Positions 1-10,089 of a stretch of DNA of 38,241 nucleotides are shown here, in pieces (the stretch's first letter is position 1; the number at the start of each line of letters is the position of its first letter). The stretch is from NCBI RefSeq assembly GCF_001194135.2, contig NC_068999.1:37422169-37460409 (forward strand). Reading direction: 5' to 3'. The notes beneath the pieces were generated by a model. That model had not been told where the DNA came from. It did no database searches and was given only the letters and a program-made list of their open reading frames with translations. The DNA comes from Octopus bimaculoides. Lineage: Eukaryota. A program made the position numbers and the translations under genes.

Positions 1-68
<68 letters not shown>
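1..68. repeat. Compound (TA)n(TG)n microsatellite, representative of dozens in the window
   Basis: Read directly. Similar tracts occur at about 15212-15259, 21290-21520, 23620-23673, 27583-27660, 28428-28930 and 29300-29363. Confidence 0.95.
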
Positions 69-331
69 AATAAATGTATAGATACATATGTGTATATGTA
101 TGTACAAATATCTATGCTTGCACATGCATGTGTGTTTCCAATAACATACTGGTTTAAAAAGGATAATGTATATAACCTAGTGAATAACATAACACACACA
201 CACACACACACACAGTCATATACACATTTACACCTGTATGTGATAATTANNNNNNNNNNTGATAATTATGATTTCTTTTACTATTATTATTATCATCAAT
301 AATAATAATAAATGAATATACTAGAATCTCC

Positions 332-363
<32 letters not shown>

Positions 364-959
364 GACAGGATTAGAACCTGACCAAAATGCCTTGTGGTAT
401 TTTGTTTCTGTCCCTTTATCTTCTTAGTTCTCATCCTTTAAAGTGAACTTTGCCTTTTATCGTTTTGAGGTCATTCAGTACAAGTCAATGGCATGGTTTG
501 ATATAAGCAACTCTCCTCTTGAAGGTGGAGATCCAACAAGGACACAGTCAAATGTCTATATCTGTCTGTCTGTCTGTCTCTGAATGTAGACACATGCACA
601 CATGCATGCATCCATCTAATAATTGAGATGGTAGATAGAGGCCATGTTGAAGCAAAACCTTCAAGAGTAGAGTTGGTTATGGATAAATGGTAAAGCCCAA
701 CCCATGCCAGCATGGAAAATGAATGTTAAGTGATGATCCCAGTGATGATGATGATAATGATATGTGTATATATATATATATATATAAAAATTCAAATTAC
801 AACAAACGTAAATAAACAAACAATGTTTTTTTTTTCTTTTTTTTTTAGAAGCGTTGAGATGTCTTAGAAAGTTAAAGTTGTCGTAATTTGAATTTAACAT
901 ATGAGAGCGTCTCATAAAGCGAGATTTATATATCTTAATTTGCAGAGGAATTTGTAGTG

Positions 960-1033
960 GGTAGTTTAGCTTAATCGGTCAAAGCATCGTGACATGTAAT
1001 CTCGGGGATGTGAGTTCAAGTCCACAGCTAGTC
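960..1033 (+). pseudogene. Degenerate tRNA-Thr(TGT)-like sequence
   Basis: Acceptor ggtagtt/agctagt (6/7 pairs including G-U). D arm gctt-aatcggtca-aagc. Anticodon arm cgtga-caTGTaa-tctcg (one mismatch; A at position 33). T arm gtgag-ttcaagt-ccac (1-nt deletion). These defects argue against a functional tRNA. Confidence 0.6.
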
Positions 1034-1100
1034 ACCTACACTTTTCTCTGCAAAATAGGGGTAGTTTATCCTGTTCAGGCTATATTAGCATTATTCTGCG

Positions 1101-1134
<34 letters not shown>

Positions 1135-1534
1135 CGCACACACACACACATACATATCATCATTAAATGTCTGTTTTCCATGCTGGCATGGGTTGGACAG
1201 TTTTGACTGGAGCTGGCCATGAGTCACAGCAGGCTTTATTGCCTATTCTGGCATAGTTTCAATGACTTGATGTCTTTTCTATTACCAGTTACATTACGGA
1301 GCCTGCTGGGTGCTTTTTACATGGCACCAGCACCCACACAGTCATCAAGCCAGTAATATATTACTTGATTATTTAGCTTCCACTGTTATTCAGCTTTACA
1401 TTTCTTAGAATTTGCTTTCTTACTTTCCATCTGCCTTTCCCTCTCTGTCTTCCTCTCATGCATCTAACACAAAAAGTAGGAACTTGATGTTGCAGTCATA
1501 TGCAATTGTCATTATTACCTTTCTGTATTTGCAG

Positions 1535-1741
1535 CATTATGCAAGTCGCAGTGGACACTTGGAGATCTGTAAGTTGCTTGTAGAGCATGGTGCCAATGTT
1601 AACTGCACAACAGCTAGTGGCCTGGCCACTCCATTGCATCGAGCTGCTTACAGTGGACACAGCTCTGTTGTCAAGTTTCTCCTTGACAAAGGTGCTGACC
1701 CTTTTAAATGTGATGCTGATGGAAGGACTGCTTTGCATAAG
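1535..1741 (+). CDS. ANKRD39: Internal coding exon of an ankyrin repeat domain-containing protein 39-like gene
   Basis: Acceptor ttctgtatttgcAG (1533-1534) and donor AAG|GTAAAT (1742). The exon is 207 nt, phase 0-0, and encodes HYASRSGHLEICKLLVEHGANVNCTTASGLATPLHRAAYSGHSSVVKFLLDKGADPFKCDADGRTALHK, i.e. two ankyrin repeats. It closely resembles ANKRD39 as I recall it (HYASRNGH...ATALHRASYCGH...DDDGMTSLHK). Upstream exons were not found in the window. Confidence 0.9.
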
Positions 1742-2177
1742 GTAAATGAACAATGATTAATGGTTTCTTTTAATTGACTCTATAATTATAATTCTCTGCT
1801 TATTAGATAGAGATTAACACCATCTTAGCTATTAGTTTTTCATGCAGATGTCATCTCTGTGTAATATTTTCTCAAACATACATTCTGATATTCTGTGCCA
1901 ACTAGGCTTTTACTCAATGACTCTATCAGCAAGACTTGGCAAATATTGAGGTAATTCTTTTCTACCTAGGTACAAGGCCTGAAATNNNNNNNNNNNNNNN
2001 NNNNNNNNNNNNNNNNNNNNNNNNNNNNNNNNNNNNNNNNNNNNNNNNNNNNNNNNNNNNNNNNNNNNNNNNNNNNNNNNNNNNNNNNNNNNNNNNNNNN
2101 NNNNNNNNNNNNNNNNNNNNNNNNNNNNNNNNNNNNNNNNNNNNNNNNNNNNNNNNNNNNNNNNNNNNNNNNNNNNN

Positions 2178-2275
2178 TGGAGGCTGTGTATTATTTCAAA
2201 AATTTTTTTAAGGTCTTCCTTACTTCTGTTCCAGAATATAAAGCAGTCATCTAAGTATCTTTTCCAGTTTCCCAC
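2178..2275 (-). mobile_element. Penelope-like element reverse transcriptase fragment in the ANKRD39 intron
   Basis: Minus-strand peptide GNWKRYLDDCFIFWNRSKEDLKKIFEIIHSL contains the W.RY(I/L)DD.F..W catalytic motif characteristic of Penelope-like RTs. It runs into an N gap. Confidence 0.8.
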
Positions 2276-3438
2276 TGGGTATTAGTGGAAGTTTTGGCCA
2301 AAAGAAATCTGAGATAAGCAGTAGATTTTTTTCCATCATCATCGTTTAACGTCCGCTTTCCATGCTGGCATGGGTTGGATGGTTTGACTGAGGCCTGGTG
2401 AGCCAGAGGCTGCACCAGGCTCAGTCTGATCTTGCAAAGTTTCTACAGCTGGATGCCCTTCTTAACGCCAACCACTCTGAGAGTGTAGTGGGTGCTTTTA
2501 CGTGCCACCGGCACTAGGGCCAGCCAGGCGAGATATGTTTGATGGCCTCCTTTCAGTTTCCTTCTACCAAATCCACTCACAAAGCCTTGGTTGACCCAGG
2601 GCTATTGTAGAAGGCAATTGCCTCAGGTGCTGTGCTGTGGAACTGAACCCAAAACCATGTGATTGTGATAAACTTTTCGACTGTACCAGTGTACCTGTGA
2701 ATATCAAAGTCAATGTTGTGTTCTTTTAAAGTTTCAGATTTTTTTCTAATAAAGCTGTTGCATTGTTGAGAATGGCCAAAGGACAAACAATGATTAATGA
2801 AGCATTGTCTCCATTTTTCTTCTGTCAGCCAGCCACATGTTGTTGCTTTCTGCTATTTGGTCAAGTTCGGCAGCTGACTTGGCTTCTGTATATATACGTT
2901 ACTACAGCATTTACAGGATTGATAGTGTGGATGTGCATTAATGTTTCTACAGGTCCACCTTGTCTCATGTGTTATAATGTCTTTCGTGGCAGAGGAGGTG
3001 GTCATGGTGGGTATGCTTGGAACTTTTATGCAGTTTTTGTTGAAGAATTTCCCTTAGTGATGGTGAGTTAGGAAATGTGAATGTATTTGGTCTGAGAAAT
3101 GCTTTATGATATCAATGCTAACCTGAAAGCCTTTTGTTACAAACCCATCTGAGATCAACCTTCCTTTTAGGATAAATTTCCAGTTTCAAAATGGTCCAAA
3201 TTAAAATCTTTCATCAAGATTTCATGTTAAGAAATGTTTTAAATACCAGCTTAATATCAAGAAAGTTATCTTCATTATTGTCACAATGCAAATTTGGTGG
3301 CCCTTCTTCTGATGCTACTAATTATCAAGATTATGTATAGATAACATGGTTGGGCCATGACACTACTCAATCACACAGCCATCCTTGTTAATATCAATAT
3401 TCTGTTCCTTTTAGTGTCAGATGTAGCTTGATATGGTT

Positions 3439-3530
3439 TTCTTCTTCTTCTTCTTCTTCTTCTTCTTCTCCTTCTCCTTCTTCTCCTCCTTCTCCTCCTC
3501 CTCCTCCTCCTCCTTCTTCTTCTTCTTCTC
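3439..3530. repeat. (CTT)n/(CTC)n pure pyrimidine microsatellite
   Basis: Read directly from the sequence. Confidence 0.95.
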
Positions 3531-3556
3531 AGCATGCCTGACTTACAAAGTGTTCT

Positions 3557-3745
3557 TTTATTCTTTTCAGTCATTTTGACTGTGGCCATACTGAAGCAAT
3601 GCCTTGAGGGGTTTTAGTTGATCAAATCGACCCCAGAACTTATTTTTTAAGCTTAATACTTATTCTATGAGTCTCTTTTGCTGATCTGTTAAATCATGGG
3701 GACATAAACACACCAACACTGGTTGTCAAGCAGTGATGGAGAACA
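3557..3745 (-). mobile_element. SINE family 4 (tail ...ccagcatggccacagtc..atgactgaaacaagtaaaa)
   Basis: Related copies lie at about 17073-17254 (+), 21541-21689 (-), 19845-19910 (-, partial) and 35905-35965 (+, tail). Confidence 0.65.
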
Positions 3746-3770
3746 AATATATATATATATATATATATAA

Positions 3771-3918
3771 CGGGCTTCTTTCAGTTTCCATCTACCAAGT
3801 CCACTCACAAGGCTTTGGTTGGCCTGAGGCTATTGTAGAAGACACTTACTGAAGGTGTCATGCAGTGGGACTGAACCTGGAACCATGTGGTTGGGAAGTA
3901 AGCTTCTTACCACACAGG
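3771..3918 (-). mobile_element. tRNA-derived SINE family 2
   Basis: The minus-strand head has a B-box-like ggttcagtccc, and the body reads ...aaagccttgtgagtggacttggtagatggaaactgaaagaagcccg. Related copies lie at about 2544-2685 (-), 15043-15203 (+), 19946-20097 (-) and 23266-23410 (-). Confidence 0.75.
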
Positions 3919-4418
3919 ATAGGCTTGTGCCTATGGTGAATATTGTGAACACATATGTTTCTTGTTTAATCTATGGTAATCTTTGGATATATTTGCATAT
4001 AAGTTGAAAGCGACACCTGGGAAAGTCAGCAGGGATGATTGTCTTCAGGCTGAAAGTCTTGAATGTGCCAGGGAAGTGTCTTCTGNNNNNNNNNNNNNNN
4101 NNNNNNNNNNNNNNNNNNNNNNNNNNNNNNNNNNNNNNNNNNNNNNNNNNNNNNNNNNNNNNNNNNNNNNNNNNNNNNNNNNNNNNNNNNNNNNNNNNNN
4201 NNNNNNNNNNNNNNNNNNNNNNNNNNNNNNNNNNNNNNNNNNNNNNNNNNNNNNNNNNNNNNNNNNNNNNNNNNNNNNNNNNNNNNNNNNNNNNNNNNNN
4301 NNNNNNNNNNNNNNNNNNNNNNNNNNNNNNNNNNNNNNNNNNNNNNNNNNNNNNNNNNNNNNNNNNNNNNNNNNNNNNNNNNNNNNNNNNNNNNNNNNNN
4401 NNNNNNNNNNNNNNNNNN

Positions 4419-4716
4419 AGCAAATTTATCTCAGACGTCATAGGATTTTCGAGCGAGATCGTTGCCAGTGCCCCTGGACTGGCTCTTGTGCGGGTGGCAC
4501 ATAAAATACACCATTTTGAGCGTGGCCGTTGCCAGTTCTGCCTGACTGGCCTTCGTGCGGGTGACACGTAAAAGTACCCACTACACTCTGAGTAGTTGGC
4601 GTTAGGAAGGGCATCCAGCTGTAGAAACTCTGCCAAATCAGATTGGAGCCTGGTGTAGCCATCTGGTTTCACCAGTCCTCCGTCAAATCGTCCAACCCAT
4701 GCTAGCATGGAAAGTG
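4419..4716 (+). mobile_element. SINE family 1 (tail ...caacccatgctagcatggaaa)
   Basis: Shares gttggcgttaggaagggcatccagctgtagaaac and the ccatgctggcatgggttgg tail with copies at about 698-737 (+, tail only), 1157-1355 (-), 2335-2530 (-) and 6515-6660 (-). It has an internal tandem duplication of about 70 bp. Confidence 0.75.
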
Positions 4717-4801
4717 TTCTTTAATTTGTTTCAGTGACACAACACTATACTGCACCCCCACTACTACTGCTACTCCTCATACTTCTTTTTTTATGTTTCA
4801 G

Positions 4802-4948
4802 GCTGCTGTGAAAAGTGATGCAGACATCATAAGCCTCCTCTTACACAGATATCCTCAACTGCACAACATCACAGACAACAATGGTTTTCGTGCTAAACAC
4901 TGTTTACCAGAAGACAAATCAACACAACTCTTAGATTTATTCCCTTAA
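4802..4948 (+). CDS. ANKRD39: Terminal coding exon of the ANKRD39-like gene
   Basis: Acceptor cttttttttatgtttcAG (4800-4801), phase 0. Encodes AAVKSDADIISLLLHRYPQLHNITDNNGFRAKHCLPEDKSTQLLDLFP, stop TAA at 4946-4948. Splicing gives ...ALHK|AA..., matching the recalled ANKRD39 C-terminus ([25 protein letters not shown]). Confidence 0.88.
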   Translation, partial: AAVKSDADIISLLLHRYPQLHNITDNNGFRAKHCLPEDKSTQLLDLFP

Positions 4949-6100
4949 CACTGGAAGTACCATTCTTTTATTTTTTTGTGACGTTTTTGTTTTCTATCCC
5001 CCTCCTCCTCCCCCAGTATTGGTAGCTCATGTCTGCAAATTCTTTGTTAACGAGAGAAAGAGAAGTATGGTCAAAATCACACAAGCTGGTGCTTGACAGA
5101 ATCCAAAACAGCAACATCAAGAAGAAATATCACTGAATACCACAGAGTGAGGGGTTGTGGTGGTGGTGGTGGTAATGAGAGGAGAAGTGTTCATGGTTGG
5201 AACCCTGTTGATTTTAGTCCTTTTTGATTAGCTTAACCTGGAGCTCAACATTTGCCATCATCATCACACTACCAACAGTCCTAACATGACCACCACTAAT
5301 TTTAACACCATTTCCACCACCACCACCACCACCACCACTACAACTCTTAACATCATTACTACAATCACCACCAATACCATTATCCACATCTCCACCAACA
5401 CCACCCGTCCATCTGTCTTGCCAACCAGCAAAATTCCCCTCATATCAAAACCAGTAAAGGTGCCTCTGCTTGGTCATTTGACCAGCTAGAAATAGCAGCT
5501 GCTTTGCTACCTTAATAAAGGACATGTTGGATAGTGGGGGACTGAACTCCTGCACAGGGTAGAATAAAAAATGAGATGGTCACGAGTGGTAGGTCTCTGA
5601 TCATAAACCTATTGATTGCACTAAACAACAACAACAGCAACAAATCTCCCTTAAAGGAACTTGGTAAAGTGATGGCTGGAACTTCTTTGATCGTATGTCT
5701 GATCAGGGCTGAGCTAAGGCTAAATAGCATTAAAGGGGTCAAATACAAGAACAAGGGCCTGAGATGGAGAGGTTTGTCAATGCCACTGAGATTTTATCGA
5801 CCTCAGAAGGGTGAAAGGCAAACCATGGAAGAATTTGAACTCAGAATGTAAAGAGCCAATGACAAATGTTACAAAGCATTTCTTCCACTGTTTTAATGAT
5901 TCTGCCAAATCCACATAACAACAACAACAAACAGAGTGAAACATTTTCTGTCAAAATAAGTTTTAAAAATGGACAAAAACTTTGAAATAAAATAAAATAT
6001 AAATAAAACAAAAAATATTAAATTCTTTCTAAGAATCTTTTCGTATTGTTTTGTTGCTGTTTTTCCTTTTTATTGCTTTTATGTTTTTGGTTAGATAACG

Positions 6101-6133
<33 letters not shown>

Positions 6134-6977
6134 CATTCTATTTTTGAAGTCTTCTCATTTGTTCTCCTTTCTTTGTGTTTTGGTCTCTTTTGGGACTGAG
6201 AGAAGTTTGGGAGCTTTCGTCTGTTTTGATCACATCATCAGAACATCAAAGTAGCTTTTAGAGATTTTTACTTTTTGAAAACATTTTCATGTGTTGTATA
6301 ATAATTTCTTTTATTTGCCACAAGAACACCAGCTGAGGGGGACACTACGAGGGCAGTTTACAATTTGTGTGGGGTTTACATAAAAGATGAGGTGAAAGAG
6401 AGAGAGAGGAAAGAAGGTAACATGAGATGAAAGTCTGCAAGATAATATGAGATCCCCTTAATGCTGCACTCCTTAATAAACAAAGAGGAGTCATAAATTA
6501 ATGCAATTTGTTTTATCATCATCTTCATCATCATTTAGTATCCGCTTTCTATACTGGCATGGGCTAGGCAGCTTGACTGGAGCTGGTTAGCTGGAGAGCT
6601 ACACTGGGTTCCAGTCTGAATTTGGCTTGGTTTCTATGGCTGGATGCCATGCCAAATGCCTGGTTAGCTGGTTGCCATTATTCCATTACTTGACTCTGAA
6701 GAGATAAGACAGGAAGTTGACCATAGAAGGATTTGAACTCAGAGCATCAAAAACTGGAAGAAATACCACCTCTGTCACTTGTGCCCTTTTAAGGAGAGGA
6801 GGAGGAGGAACAGTCAGTACTCCTGGCACCAGTACTTGATAGGTACTTTATTTTATTGACTCTGAATGGATGACAGATAAAATGGACAAAATTAAAATTA
6901 AAGAAATATTGCAAAGCATCTGCTCCAACAATTCTCCTTCTCATTCCTGCTTAATTTAATAATAATAATAATAATAA

Positions 6978-7182
6978 AATTTTGGCACAAGGCCAATAAT
7001 TTCGGAGGTGGGGGTCAGTCGATTACATCAACCCCAGTGCTCAACTGGGACTCATTTTATAGACCCCTAAAGAATGAAAAGCAAAGTTGACCTCAGTGGA
7101 ATTTGAACTTGAAACATAAAATCAGAAGAAATGCTGCTAAGCATTTTTCCCCACTGCAGTGACGATTCTGCTAGCTTGCTGT
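6978..7182 (-). mobile_element. tRNA-derived SINE family 3
   Basis: Minus strand agcagaatcgt...gttcaaattccactgaggtcaactttgcttttcattctttaggggtctataaaatgagtcccagttgagcactggggttgatgtaatcgac. Related copies lie at about 5760-5912 (-), 6715-6930 (-), 18296-18370 (+), 25110-25300 (-) and 25330-25447 (-). Confidence 0.7.
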
Positions 7183-7563
7183 CATAATAATAATAATAAT
7201 AATAATAATATAGTAAGCAGTTTAGTGTGATATATGTTGTGGGTTCTTCAATATTTAGTGTTTCTCTCCATTTGAAGTTGAAGCCTCAATGAAACTGCTT
7301 GTAATCTAATCAGAAGCATGAAAACACAAACAATAAAAGCTGTGTTTTTTTTTTGTACTTCTTTTATTGGAATATTTATCTTTTTGACAACAAATATAGC
7401 AGATATGAAACAATTGATGGGGTCCCTTAGGCCCTAAACAAATATATTATTCTCTTTGGCTTCAAGGAAATTATTTACTCGTTTGAAATATTTCAAACTT
7501 AATGTTATGTTTGAAATATTTATTACACACTCACACAAATATACATTTTCTTTCATAAGTACA

Positions 7564-8873
7564 TCTATATATATAAAAATGAGAATGTGTGTCTGTCTGT
7601 CTGTCTGTGTGAATCCCTAAAACTCGAGAACTACGCAACCAATTTCATTCAAATTTTACACATGCCTTACTTAAGGTTCCAGTTGTGTTTTAGTCAAAAA
7701 AAATTATTAACTTCTTGCAGAGTTCGAGCACACGGCAATATAATATCTCCTCCACTATTTAAGTATTACGTGTCAAAAGTGAAACAAAAACACTCATGTC
7801 AAATACTTTCACTTTAAAAATGAAACTATTCCACTAACTGAAACAATCACATTTCGATACTGTAGTGACAGATACTTTCACAGAGAGAGAAAGAGAGAAA
7901 GAGAGAGACAGAAAGAGAGAGAGAGATGTATATGTATACATATACATGTATATNNNNNNNNNNNNNNNNNNNNNNNNNNNNNNNNNNNNNNNNNNNNNNN
8001 NNNNNNNNNNNNNNNNNNNNNNNNNNNNNNNNNNNNNNNNNNNNNNNNNNNNNNNNNNNNNNNNNNNNNNNNNNNNNNNNNNNNNNNNNNNNNNNNNNNN
8101 NNNNNNNNNNNNNNNNNNNNNNNNNNNNNNNNNNNNNNNNNNNNNNNNNNNNNNNNNNNNNNNNNNNNNNNNNNNNNNNNNNNNNNNNNNNNNNNNNNNN
8201 NNNNNNNNNNNNNNNNNNNNNNNNNNNNNNNNNNNNNNNNNNNNNNNNNNNNNNNNNNNNNNNNNNNNNNNNNNNNNNNNNNNNNNNNNNNNNNNNNNNN
8301 NNNNNNNNNNNNNNNNNNNNNNNNNNNNNNNNNNNNNNNNNNNNNNNNNNNNNNNNNNNNNNNNNNNNNNNNNNNNNNNNNNNNNNNNNNNNNNNNNNNN
8401 NNNNNNNNNNNNNNNNNNNNNNNNNNNNNNNNNNNNNNNNNNNNNNNNNNNNNNNNNNNNNNNNNNNNNNNNNNNNNNNNNNNNNNNNNNNNNNNNNNNN
8501 NNNNNNNNNNNNNNNNNNNNNNNNNNNNNNNNTCTTGGAAGAGCCCTGCTTCTCACATGGACAACTGTATGTTGGCTGCTCAAGAGTGGGCAGCAACAAA
8601 AAACCTATTTGTATATGCTCCACAAGGGAAACCAAGGAACATAGTTTACAATGAGGTGTTATAATCACAACAGCAAGAAAGTATGTACGTGATCACCTTT
8701 TACGAAACTTCATTGACTTTCATATATTTATATTGATATACATATATATATACGTGTGTTTGGGTGCGTGTGTGTATATACATCTCTATATATAAAGATG
8801 ATGCGTAGTCTAGACGGCGTTTTTAGATTTCATTATTCTCTTTAACCCGGGCAACGCCGGGTATTTCTGCTAG
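7564..8873 (+). mobile_element. Non-autonomous Helitron-like element(s)
   Basis: 5' end A|TCTATATATATAAAA followed by (GTCT)n at 7564. 3' hairpin ACCCGG-GCAACG-CCGGGT (8845-8862) followed by CTAG|T at 8870-8874. A second A|TCTCTATATATAAA start lies at 8783. The interior is partly N. Confidence 0.75.
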
Positions 8874-8964
8874 TTATATATATATACACACACATAAATA
8901 TTTATATATATATACATATATAGATGAAATTTATAAAAAAACAAAAGACGAAGACAAATATGTA

Positions 8965-9019
<55 letters not shown>

Positions 9020-9770
9020 CTAGTGTATCTAGTCTCTCTCTCACCCACACTTACTCCCCTCCACCCACACCTACAACCCAATCCCCCACCATTACCTGCC
9101 CATCCTCTCCCTCTCAATCTCCTATCTGCCCCTACTCTGACTCAACTTTCCTGTCTATCCCCTCACATTTCCCCTGTCACCTCCTTTGGTCTCTTCCCTC
9201 CCCCAGTTTCCCATTCATCTACCCAACTTATTCCCACTCCCCTCCGCTCTTTCTCCCATCACACCACTGCTCTCTCTCTATTTGTACTCAACAACCAACT
9301 ACACACACACACAAAAGACACACACCGCACAAGGAAGATGACAAGAAATTGGAAGTCTACAGAGATAGGATCATTCCTATGTACCTGGGAAATCACAGGT
9401 GATTCGCCAAATAATTTAATTACAGCTGCCTGAAGAGCAATGGTTTCTCCAGATCTATGGCACAAATAAAGTGGAAGAAGAATGAGTTCATCCGATCTTA
9501 TGGCCGCACCTGGAGAAACTGGACATCATTTTCAAAAGTGGCGAAAAAAATGATGACACTGCTTTCTGTGAGAAACTTCACACAGAAAGCAGTGGCAAGA
9601 TCAACGCCAAAGAAAAAAGAAAACTGAACAAGGAAGGAAACGAGAAAAGTGCGAACAGACACAGTCCTAACACGTCCCAAAGCAGCAATGTAGAAGTAGA
9701 AAAAGAAGACACCAGACGAAAGCCAATTGAAAATGGTTCTAAAATAAAAATTCAAATCAGACCCTCTCAG

Positions 9771-9848
9771 AGAAAAAGGTCAATCTGCAAGTTCCACAAA
9801 AGAGGCTGGCATGGAGAGAGTGGCACAAACTTCCATTTTGTGCAGCCA
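9771..9848 (+). other. Degenerate CCCH zinc-finger-like peptide, possibly a LINE ORF1 remnant
   Basis: RKRSICKFHKRGWHGESGTNFHFVQP. The W (TGG), F (TTC) and Q (CAG) are each one substitution from C, C and H. Confidence 0.35.
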
Positions 9849-10089
9849 GTGCTGGAGCAAAATCCATCAGTCACTCAACGAAAGAAACAACTACACTTAG
9901 AAAAATCTATATCCCAGCAACACACCTGCAGAAAATGAGATGATTAAAATAAAACTGAAAGACGTCATGCGATCAGTGTGTTAGAATATCAGCCTTCCGC
10001 TGATCTGAAATTTAATGCATTCTACTGAATTCCTTCAAGAGTTTGAAATAGTTTCTTCAATTCAAATGATTGAAACAATGCAAACAGAA

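Noticed and set aside
960-1033. Functional tRNA gene
   Set aside because: It has A at position 33, a T-stem deletion and stem mismatches, so it was kept only as a pseudogene-like feature.
1412-1534. N-terminal part of ORF 1412-1756
   Set aside because: It is intronic. The ankyrin similarity starts exactly at the AG acceptor at 1534.
3371-3589. Poly-arginine ORF
   Set aside because: It is the translation of the (CTT/CTC)n microsatellite.
5514-5519. AATAAA as the ANKRD39 poly(A) signal
   Set aside because: There are several equivalent hexamers nearby in AT-rich DNA, and I cannot choose among them without transcript data.
6205-6250. Minus-strand CUGAUGA...GAAAGCUC hammerhead-like motif
   Set aside because: Helix II needs an extra nucleotide and has only 2 bp, and no helix I partner exists. 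It could be a relic but is not supportable.
7834-8668. Long ORFs spanning N runs (also near 4.0-4.5, 17.9-18.3, 20.3-21.2, 23.4-24.3, 27.7-28.7 and 31.6-32.8 kb)
   Set aside because: They are open only because N codons contain no stops. These are assembly gaps.
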